Source: an uncultured Sulfurovum sp. (lineage in GTDB: Bacteria; Campylobacterota; Campylobacteria; Campylobacterales; Sulfurovaceae). From it: DNA of 64,000 nucleotides. Position 1 is the first letter of the stretch, and each line of letters opens with the position of its first letter. Location: assembly GCA_964515605.1 (NCBI GenBank), contig CAZEUB010000028.1, positions 184-64,183 on the forward strand. The letters are read 5' to 3'. A program made the translations under genes and the position numbers. The notes beneath the pieces were generated by a model that saw only the letters and a program-made list of their open reading frames with translations, did no database searches and had not been told where the DNA came from. Below are positions 1 to 8,060 of this stretch, in pieces.

Positions 1-2
1 AT

Positions 3-3000
3 AAACAGTGGCATCATCTAGTAGTTACTTATGAAAATAGAGAGTATAAAATATATCTTGATAAGAGTTTAGTGGCTTCAAAAAAATACTCAAAAGATTT
101 AAAAGCACCAAATAGCGAACTTCATATTGGTGGAAAATATTATATGTCAAATATGTATATTGATGAGGTAAAGCTCTATAATGGAGTTATTACAGCTGAT
201 GAGATAAAAGAGATTTATAACAATGAGCATATTGGTAAAAACTGGGATGGAACAACCAGAGAACCTGTTGTCTGTCAAGAGCCAATGGAGCCATTTAGCT
301 GTACTGATACACTCTTTTTATCTAATAGAAGCGAAAATGGAACAAGCTCTAGTGATGGTGGAAGTACATGGCTACACACTATCAATCGTCAAAAAGACCC
401 ATATGAGTATGAGGCTATAGGTAGTGGATATACCAATAAATATAATGCTATGGGTTATAATACAGAGGATAATTTTATATATGCACTAGATAAAAATACC
501 CTAATAAAGATTGATAAAAATGGTGTTGTCAAACCTTTAGGTATTGTTAGTGGTCTGCCAGAGACACAACTCTATGCAGGAGAGTTTGGTAGAGATGGCT
601 ATTTCTATGTGAGTGGTAATGGTGAACCTAGCTCTATTATGTATCGTATTGATATTAAACAGCTAAAAGTTGTTAATCAGATCAATCTTAGATATAGTAT
701 GAGAGGCAAAAATGAGCCTGTAATGTTTTGGGATATGGCGGTAGATAGTAGTGGTGATTATATGTACGCGATGCTTGTGAAGCATTCAGGTTCATCATTT
801 AAAAATGATAAGATTGTCAAGATAAATATCACATCATCTCCCGCATCAGCAGGGATTATGAGTGTTCTTGGTGAATCACATGATACTTTGCCCTCATATA
901 TCTCTTTGGTCTTCTCTGGCTCAAACGATACTCTTTATATGATGTCAAACAGTGATGGATACTACAAAGTTGATACCTCAACTGGCGATATGTTTAAATT
1001 GGGTTCAACTAAGGCATTGACCTTCTACAATGATGGTACGGGGTGTCCTGATGCCAATATCACTGAACCTCCAGGTATCTATATTAATGATGTGACAAAA
1101 GAGGAGGGGGATGAGGGTCTAACAGACTTTACCTTTAGGGTGATGGTTGAAAGAGGCAAAAATCCTATGGGTATGGTAGCAGGAATGGGCTTCTATTTTA
1201 GAATAAAAGATGGTACAGCTACTCTAAAAGATAGTGACTATAAAGCAGAAGTAAAGGTTAATGGGGGAGTCTTTAATATAAACCATATAGTCCCTATTCT
1301 CCCAACAACTAATGAGCTAAATATCACTGTTCAGGTAGTAGGTGATACAAAAAAAGAGGGGGATGAGAACTTCTTTGTGGAGCTATACTCCCCTAAATTT
1401 ATTAATATCACAAAAAGTATTGGTACAGGAACCATCAAAGATGATGATATACTTAGATTTAATATCGAAAGAACCAATAGTGACAAGGTAGACAACAAAA
1501 CACAAGCACAAAAGGAGTCTTTGTATACTCAAATTGTAGATAGAGATTTTGATTATACTATTGTTGCGTATGATAAAAATGATAAGCCACAATCGATTCA
1601 GGATATGACACTTAAAGTTAAACTATATGATAGGAACAGCAGTAAATCAGATAATGTTCTCTATGAGTACTATAAGTATGCAAAAGATAAAGGTAGCAGA
1701 TTTAATGTTATTAATAGTACTGACCTAGAGATTCCAATAGCCACAAGAGATGCACAGTTTGAGGTCTCTTATCTTGTAGATGAGAATAACTCAATTATTT
1801 ATGGTCAATATGATAACAGAGTTGATTACAATACGACAAAAGAGCATAATGCCACAGAGTTCACATTTGGCTCTGATAATTTTGCCATAAGACCTAAGAG
1901 TTATCGTATTGAGATACGCGATAGTGATAAGTTTAAGAGTAAGCTATATATGAAAAATGATAATAATAGTGCCATAAACTTAGCATCAGGCTATAGATAT
2001 ACTCTTAAGGCAAAAGCAGTAGGGTTTAAGAGTGAAGATGTGATAGAGGAGTATAAAACACTAAGTTCCAAAGAGCTAAATGTAACCCTTATTTTTGATG
2101 GTACTGGTACAACACACTGTGCGGATACAAATGATTCAAAGATAACTAACTACAATTTTATGAATGGTGAGTTGGTTAATGCAACACTTTCACATGATAA
2201 TGTTGGGCGATACGCTTTACATGTAGAGGATATTAACTGGACATTTGTTGACCAAAACAAAAAACAGCCAAAACTAGCAGGATGTATCCCAAATAGTGGA
2301 GAGATATCTGCCAATGGAGATAGCAAATCAGGATGTAATATTGTCTCTAATCTTAACACAAAGTATCGTGATATCGATATCGATTTCAAAGCCTATGAGT
2401 TTAATCTTACCAATATAGCCATTCAGAATCGACCCAACAATGGACAAGACTATATCTATATGAGTGATCTCAACAAGACGTTAAGAATGGGAATAGAGAT
2501 CACAAGCGACATCATCGCTCAAGGGATGCTAGGCACACAACTTACCAACTATACAGATGGTTGTTTTGCAGAGGATATTAGCATTGTATTAGATTACAAT
2601 ATCACCTCTGATCAGGTACAAAATGCCAAAACTTATCGTGATCTCAACACAACCAGAGGGAGTGGACTCAACTTTAAGCGGGTGGTTAGTTATAATGGAA
2701 ATGCTCTTGATATTAACCAAGTGACAGTTGCACATCTTGATACCCCAATTGTGGTAAGCAAAGAGAAGTTCCTCTCTAGCAACGAAGGAAACAGTAGTAT
2801 CGATGTGCTATACAATATCGAAAAAAGCCTTAGTGAACCAACCAACCCAATTCGCTTAACATACAATGAGTTTAATGCTAGTTCACCCAACTCAAAAGCC
2901 AAGTGCCAAGGAGAAGAGAAGATACCTAGTAAAGCAGACAATTCAGGTCTTATCAATGATACTAAGCGATTCTACTTTAGCAAAATCGCTTCAGATATGG

Positions 3001-3488
3001 AGAACTATCCTACAACCTATGATAACCATTGCTCCACACCACTCACTGTTTCAATCTTCTGTGACCTTAACCGAACATGGTGTCAAGAGATGATCGGAGG
3101 TAATGGGCTTAATAGCCAAATCACCCAAGAGGGGTGGTACACAGCACGCTTCCATAATAGCGATACCGATGGCGGGGTCATAAGCTTTATATCCCAAAAA
3201 GCTACCGTTACTCCTACAGCAGGAGCATTGCCAAACTTCAATCAAAGCATGGGAAGAATCGACACCATAGAGACCAGCTATAATGGCAGTGCCAACAAGA
3301 TTACAACCACTGTAACAGTTGATGTAGATGAGTGGCTTAAGTATCATGAAGATCCAGCTAGAAATGGTATACCATTTTGGCAAAATACTTTCTCAAAATC
3401 ACCTGCAACCATCTCAGGTGTTGGGAAGACTGGTAAAATAATACAACTAAAATCAAATACCACACCAACACAAAAGATAGATTGGTAA
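3..3488 (+). CDS. Large extracellular adhesin-like protein, MshQ-like pilus-associated, 5'-partial: LamG end, beta-propeller (DUF6923-like), Calx-beta, C-terminal domain ending KIDW
   Basis: Frame is open from nt 3 (KQWHHLVVTYENREYKIYLD is LamG-like), so the gene starts before the window. Propeller-like YNAMGYN...NDGTGC; Calx-beta INDVTKEEGD...GDTKKEGDENF...GTIKDDD. Lies immediately upstream of three pilin-like genes. Confidence 0.7.
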   Translation, partial: KQWHHLVVTYENREYKIYLDKSLVASKKYSKDLKAPNSELHIGGKYYMSNMYIDEVKLYNGVITADEIKEIYNNEHIGKNWDGTTREPVVCQEPMEPFSCTDTLFLSNRSENGTSSSDGGSTWLHTINRQKDPYEYEAIGSGYTNKYNAMGYNTEDNFIYALDKNTLIKIDKNGVVKPLGIVSGLPETQLYAGEFGRDGYFYVSGNGEPSSIMYRIDIKQLKVVNQINLRYSMRGKNEPVMFWDMAVDSSGDYMYAMLVKHSGSSFKNDKIVKINITSSPASAGIMSVLGESHDTLPSYISLVFSGSNDTLYMMSNSDGYYKVDTSTGDMFKLGSTKALTFYNDGTGCPDANITEPPGIYINDVTKEEGDEGLTDFTFRVMVERGKNPMGMVAGMGFYFRIKDGTATLKDSDYKAEVKVNGGVFNINHIVPILPTTNELNITVQVVGDTKKEGDENFFVELYSPKFINITKSIGTGTIKDDDILRFNIERTNSDKVDNKTQAQKESLYTQIVDRDFDYTIVAYDKNDKPQSIQDMTLKVKLYDRNSSKSDNVLYEYYKYAKDKGSRFNVINSTDLEIPIATRDAQFEVSYLVDENNSIIYGQYDNRVDYNTTKEHNATEFTFGSDNFAIRPKSYRIEIRDSDKFKSKLYMKNDNNSAINLASGYRYTLKAKAVGFKSEDVIEEYKTLSSKELNVTLIFDGTGTTHCADTNDSKITNYNFMNGELVNATLSHDNVGRYALHVEDINWTFVDQNKKQPKLAGCIPNSGEISANGDSKSGCNIVSNLNTKYRDIDIDFKAYEFNLTNIAIQNRPNNGQDYIYMSDLNKTLRMGIEITSDIIAQGMLGTQLTNYTDGCFAEDISIVLDYNITSDQVQNAKTYRDLNTTRGSGLNFKRVVSYNGNALDINQVTVAHLDTPIVVSKEKFLSSNEGNSSIDVLYNIEKSLSEPTNPIRLTYNEFNASSPNSKAKCQGEEKIPSKADNSGLINDTKRFYFSKIASDMENYPTTYDNHCSTPLTVSIFCDLNRTWCQEMIGGNGLNSQITQEGWYTARFHNSDTDGGVISFISQKATVTPTAGALPNFNQSMGRIDTIETSYNGSANKITTTVTVDVDEWLKYHEDPARNGIPFWQNTFSKSPATISGVGKTGKIIQLKSNTTPTQKIDW

Positions 3489-3505
3489 TGAGAGAAGGAG
3501 AGATA

Positions 3506-4222
3506 ATGAGACGAGGAGTTGCCATGATAGAGCTAATATTTGCTCTAGTGATTATCGGTATTGTTCTGATGTCAGCACCCACACTGATTCAACAGACCAT
3601 CAAGAGTGGCTATGTCGCCCTACAGCAAGAATCTATCGCTGCTGCAGCTGCTCATACCAATATCTTACTAAGCAAACATTGGGATGAGGGAGATGCCAAC
3701 AACACAGCAGGGGTCGCTCCTGTCATAAGTGTTACTCCCACTTATACTACCCCTTTTGACTTTAGTGGGGTACAAGGGAATGTAGCAACAAGAACCCAGA
3801 TGATTGGGGCAACCCTACTCCCCCCTTCACCTATTGGACTTGATCTCAATGAGAGTGCCAACGATATCTCAACACTTGATGATATTGATGATTTTGACAA
3901 TATCCCACCAATAAAATTGGCACTCTTTAATGCAGAAGCAACCACCGCAGGAGAGGGGGATTATGTCGATCAAAATATCAGTATTGCTACCCGTGTTTGG
4001 TTTGCGGATGATCGCCCAAATGGAACAGCTGGATTTGCAGGAAGTATAGTAGATGCAGGCAATACAATCTTCACTGCTCCTGCCCCTGCCCAAAGCAATA
4101 TCAAACGTATTGTGGTTAATCTAACCAGTGACAATGATATACCAGAACTCAATAAGAGCATTACCTTGCATGCTTTTTCATGTAATTTGGGAACTTATGT
4201 TGTTCACGGAAGGCAATTCTAA
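3506..4222 (+). CDS. Type IV pilin-like (minor pilin/pseudopilin) protein
   Basis: Class III signal MRRG/VAMIELIFALVIIGIV with Glu at +5; AAGGAG SD at 3495-3500 supports ATG 3506. Confidence 0.8.
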   Translation: MRRGVAMIELIFALVIIGIVLMSAPTLIQQTIKSGYVALQQESIAAAAAHTNILLSKHWDEGDANNTAGVAPVISVTPTYTTPFDFSGVQGNVATRTQMIGATLLPPSPIGLDLNESANDISTLDDIDDFDNIPPIKLALFNAEATTAGEGDYVDQNISIATRVWFADDRPNGTAGFAGSIVDAGNTIFTAPAPAQSNIKRIVVNLTSDNDIPELNKSITLHAFSCNLGTYVVHGRQF

Positions 4223-5187
4223 TGATCAATCCATATCAAAAAAGAGCTTTTTCACTCATAGAGGTGGTCTTTGTCTTAGTTATATTGGGAATTGTCGCCT
4301 CTATCTCCTCACAAATTATTGTGCAGGTCTATGAGAACTATATTACCCAAAATGCCATCTATAAGGTCAGCACCAAAACCGAACTGGTCGCCAATCAGAT
4401 TGTCAATCGACTCGCCTACCGAATCCAAGGAACCACCATCTCCAAAGCTCACAGTAAATTCTTGACCAACAAAGGTACATTAAATTGGGCAACAGAGGGG
4501 GTAGATTGGCTTAAACTAGAGGATATTCCCGCTGCGGGAACCACCTTTACTACTATTGAGTGGATTGGGTTTGACAATGATGGCTTTGCGGCTAGTGCCA
4601 ATCCAAGCTGGAGTGGTGTTGCCAACTATGAGAGTGCCACAATAGATCGATTTGTCACACCAGGCTCCTCACTTGCCAATGCATCAACCATCCTATCTAA
4701 TCTATCTGACAAGAAGGTGGATTTGACACAAAACAACCCAGCAGCGGTCATCTTCTCCCAAAAAAATGGCTACTATACTGCTAGTAACCCCTACTCTCCT
4801 ATCTGTATGGGGTTGATCCCTCAGGATTCAACTAGTAGCACTCAATGTATCTATCCTGTATGGAGTGATAGCAATACCAGCCTCTCTTTTGTCCGAACAG
4901 GAGAAGCCAAATATATCACAGAGCGTTATAAACTAGCGTGGAGCGCCTATGCTCTTGCACCAGAGCCTAATGCCAATGGGCTTTTTGATCTAAAGCTCTA
5001 TGCCAATTACCAACCTTGGAATGGAGAGAACTATATCGATGATGGAACCCCTCATACACTGATGACCAATGTTAGCGTCTTTAAATTTACCGAAAATGGT
5101 GGGGTAATACAGATTAAACTCTGTGCCACAGAGCTTTTGGGAGATTATAATGTCAGTACCTGTAAAGAGAAGGTGGTAATACGATGA
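4222..5187 (+). CDS. Type IV pilin-like protein (MshO/PilW-like minor pilin)
   Basis: KRA/FSLIEVVFVLVILGIV prepilin motif; translationally coupled to the previous gene (TAATG). Confidence 0.8.
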   Translation: MINPYQKRAFSLIEVVFVLVILGIVASISSQIIVQVYENYITQNAIYKVSTKTELVANQIVNRLAYRIQGTTISKAHSKFLTNKGTLNWATEGVDWLKLEDIPAAGTTFTTIEWIGFDNDGFAASANPSWSGVANYESATIDRFVTPGSSLANASTILSNLSDKKVDLTQNNPAAVIFSQKNGYYTASNPYSPICMGLIPQDSTSSTQCIYPVWSDSNTSLSFVRTGEAKYITERYKLAWSAYALAPEPNANGLFDLKLYANYQPWNGENYIDDGTPHTLMTNVSVFKFTENGGVIQIKLCATELLGDYNVSTCKEKVVIR

Positions 5188-5663
5188 TTAACCAAAAAAA
5201 CAAAAAGGCTTTTTCTATGATGACAGCGATTATCACTATTGTGATTATGGCAACTGTAACCGCACTGATTATGAATATCAGTAGCCGAACCATCAAAGAG
5301 ACCACCATACAGTATCAAAAAGAGCAAGCATCTCTCTTGGCACGATCCTACACAGAACAAGCGATCCTCTATGCCATGCACTATAAACGTGACACAACTC
5401 CCCCCTCATGCTTGGAGAGAATCAACGCTACATTTGGAGATCCTGCAAACCTCTATACCATTACTACCAATTTACGCTATATTGGTAATGATACTCTCTT
5501 AGCAGGATGTAACACTACCATTGAGTCATGGGCAGATGATCATACATCCTCTTTTAATAATACCATCTCTGTTATTATCGATGTCTATGTGCGATACAAG
5601 GATTTTGATGATCCTGCCAATAGGCGTATCACTTTTCACAGGAGAACGCTACAGAAGCTTTAA
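5184..5663 (+). CDS. Type IV pilin-like protein lacking Glu5 (MshP/PilX/GspK-like)
   Basis: KKA/FSMMTAIITIVIM hydrophobic N-terminus without E5; ATGA overlap with the previous gene. Confidence 0.7.
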   Translation: MINQKNKKAFSMMTAIITIVIMATVTALIMNISSRTIKETTIQYQKEQASLLARSYTEQAILYAMHYKRDTTPPSCLERINATFGDPANLYTITTNLRYIGNDTLLAGCNTTIESWADDHTSSFNNTISVIIDVYVRYKDFDDPANRRITFHRRTLQKL

Positions 5664-5719
5664 ATCTTATTCTTATTTTTAGATTAAGGTTTTTTATTAA
5701 TCTTCTATTTACTTATAGG

Positions 5720-5728
5720 TGGTATAAT
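5720..5728 (+). promoter_or_regulatory. Extended -10 promoter (TGgTATAAT) of hpf
   Basis: TGnTATAAT about 80 nt upstream of the hpf ATG; AAGGA SD before the start. Confidence 0.6.
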
Positions 5729-5806
5729 AATAAACTTACACAACACAAGAGGTTAAATATTATTGCCTCCTGTGGGATAAGTACAATACAAATAAAAGGA
5801 TTTATC

Positions 5807-6337
5807 ATGAGTAAAAATATAGTGGGAAGACATATTGACCTATCAGACTCTATCAAAAATCATATCTCAGAGAGCATTGATGGACTCAATAAATATAACT
5901 TAAATATTATTTCAACCAACACTATCATCTCAGGTGACAACAGAAACAAAGAGGGAGTAACACTAGAGTTGGTAATTAACCTCAAAGACAAAAACACCAT
6001 CGTTATTACCCAAAAAGACAAAGATATCTATGCTGCTGCTGACAGTGCCTTTAGCCGTGCAGAGAAGGCACTTAGACGACACGCAGACAAGATCAAAGAT
6101 CATAAAATTATGTCTTTTAAAGACCTAGGCAAGGAGGCAGAGGCAGTACTTGATCTTGATACCGAAGAGGTTGAGTTGGTTCCTATGGATTTGGAACTTC
6201 ATAAACCACTCGATTTTGATGAAGCGATTGAAGCACTCAAAGCTGAGAAAAAACGACAATTCATTGTCTTTAATGATCATGATGGACTCATGAGAGTTAT
6301 GTACAAAAGAGCCGATGGGAAATTTGGTCTCTATTAA
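5807..6337 (+). CDS. hpf: Ribosome hibernation promoting factor, long form (HPF/RaiA)
   Basis: N-terminal IVGRHIDLSDSIK...DIYAAADSAFSRAEKALRR; C-terminal dimerisation domain F.VF.D...RVMYKRADGKFGL. Confidence 0.9.
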   Translation: MSKNIVGRHIDLSDSIKNHISESIDGLNKYNLNIISTNTIISGDNRNKEGVTLELVINLKDKNTIVITQKDKDIYAAADSAFSRAEKALRRHADKIKDHKIMSFKDLGKEAEAVLDLDTEEVELVPMDLELHKPLDFDEAIEALKAEKKRQFIVFNDHDGLMRVMYKRADGKFGLY

Positions 6338-6345
6338 TCACCACC

Positions 6346-6373
6346 ACAGAGGAGTTAACTCCTCTGTTTTTTT
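6346..6373. terminator. Intrinsic terminator between convergent genes
   Basis: ACAGAGGAG-TTAA-CTCCTCTGT perfect hairpin followed by a T-tract on +. Confidence 0.8.
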
Positions 6374-8054
6374 ACCTCCTATATATCTCTCTTAGAATCT
6401 TCTGTGCGTCACTATCTCTCTCTTTTAGCATCATCTGACGAATCTCTTTTTTTTGTTCTGCTGTTTTGCCATATCCTGACTGACGCAATGTCTCTAGGGC
6501 TGCTACTCGATTGGATTTTATACGCCCCTGCTCTTTGGCAATGGTGGTCAAAAATCGATACTGCTCATCTCTATTTGTAGCACTATCTTTGGTAATAGCA
6601 GTGGTACGAATCAACGCCTCTGCTACCTCTGAATTGCTCTCTTGATTTATCATCTTCTCTACCTTTTCAAGAGGTAGATTGGTCTGCTCAATCTGTAGCA
6701 GTGCCTCTGCTCCCATGCGTCGCTCTCTGGCACTGTTGGTAGAGGTTATGACCTCCTCTACCCCTTGGATTATCTCAGGAGAGGCACTTTGACGCATATT
6801 GCCAATAGCCCCTAGGACGGTTGTTTTGTTCTCTCTATCCGAGAGGGCATTGAGGAGGGTATCATTGATCTTATTATACTGTTGGGGAACCCTATCGACT
6901 CGCTGATATGCCAAAGAGCCTATCAACATGCCCATCATCTCTCCTATCTCGCCCCCCTCATCTGATAGACCCATTGAGAGTATCTTATCTAAACTCTCAT
7001 CACTGATAGGTGCAGAGCTGTTTTTTAATCCCATAAGACTACGAAACCTCTCTTTGTTAGGAATCTCTTCATTGAGTGCTACCTCAGAGAGAATGGCTAC
7101 AGATTGTTGATTGTCAATATAGCCCAACTCTGCAAAGAGACTCTTGCTTACTTGGTTATCCAATACTTTTCCTCCCCCCAATAGCTCACTAAGATGACTC
7201 AAAAAATCCAAATTTTCTCTCACCCATAACTCAATCGATTGACCTTGATTGAGCAACGCTTTGAGAGTTGCCATCTTGCTATCAAAGAGTTTTTGGGCAA
7301 GAGAGAGAGAAAGAATAGTTTTATGATTTTGAGCAAAATGCCACTCCTTAGGATTAAGAGAGAGGTCAAAAAACCAGTGCGATTTTGGAAGATAATTCAA
7401 AGAGGGTTGCAGATGAAATGCTCGTCTATCATGAATGGTTACTCCCATTGCTTTTTGGGTAAATGTGATATGCTCTTGGGCAGTAATCTCTCTCCATATA
7501 GAGCCATTATTATCAGGGAAGATAATACCATAACTCTCATGGTAGTGAATATCCTCTCGTCTTCTCTTTTTGGTATATTGTGCAAGGTATCTCATCTCAT
7601 AGTCTGCTTTGTGCTTTGAGCCATTTACCTCTAACTCTCCTAGTGCATTGGGAAGGTGATAGATACCCTCTTTGGAGGGTGAGAACTGCAACAACTCAAC
7701 AATACCTATTAACTTATCTTGAACCTCTCTATCTTTGGTGGCTGTTTGAATATTTTTGATAATAAATCCATCAGGCTCATAGCTCACCACAAAAGGAGAA
7801 TAGATAGAGTCTATCTTAACCGAAGAGTTATCTCTCTGCCCATTCTCCAACCAAAAGAGAGCATAATTTGTCCTGTTTTGCTCCAGATAACGCACATGTA
7901 GCGTTGCATTAATCTCAATATTTTGAGAGGTTAGACGCTCTTTTAGTTGTGTCTTGACATGATGGGTATCATCAAATTTATAAGCTTGATAATGCTCCCT
8001 AGCAACCACAACGGTTGCCATAAGAGCCAAGATTAATAGTATCTTTTTCATCAC
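6372..8054 (-). CDS. Secreted protein with a vitellogenin/MTP (LLTP)-like N-terminal beta domain and a HEAT-like alpha-solenoid
   Basis: Sec signal MMKKILLILALMATVVVA. Segment SPFVVSYEPDG.I..I...KLIGIVELLQF...ALGELEV resembles the vitellogenin-N pattern. C-terminal helical repeats (LFAELG, RFRSLMGL, VLGAIGN, NRVAALETL). Start is GTG 8054 or ATG 8051. Confidence 0.55.
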   Translation of the reverse strand: MMKKILLILALMATVVVAREHYQAYKFDDTHHVKTQLKERLTSQNIEINATLHVRYLEQNRTNYALFWLENGQRDNSSVKIDSIYSPFVVSYEPDGFIIKNIQTATKDREVQDKLIGIVELLQFSPSKEGIYHLPNALGELEVNGSKHKADYEMRYLAQYTKKRRREDIHYHESYGIIFPDNNGSIWREITAQEHITFTQKAMGVTIHDRRAFHLQPSLNYLPKSHWFFDLSLNPKEWHFAQNHKTILSLSLAQKLFDSKMATLKALLNQGQSIELWVRENLDFLSHLSELLGGGKVLDNQVSKSLFAELGYIDNQQSVAILSEVALNEEIPNKERFRSLMGLKNSSAPISDESLDKILSMGLSDEGGEIGEMMGMLIGSLAYQRVDRVPQQYNKINDTLLNALSDRENKTTVLGAIGNMRQSASPEIIQGVEEVITSTNSARERRMGAEALLQIEQTNLPLEKVEKMINQESNSEVAEALIRTTAITKDSATNRDEQYRFLTTIAKEQGRIKSNRVAALETLRQSGYGKTAEQKKEIRQMMLKERDSDAQKILREIYRR

Positions 8055-8060
8055 ACCCCC

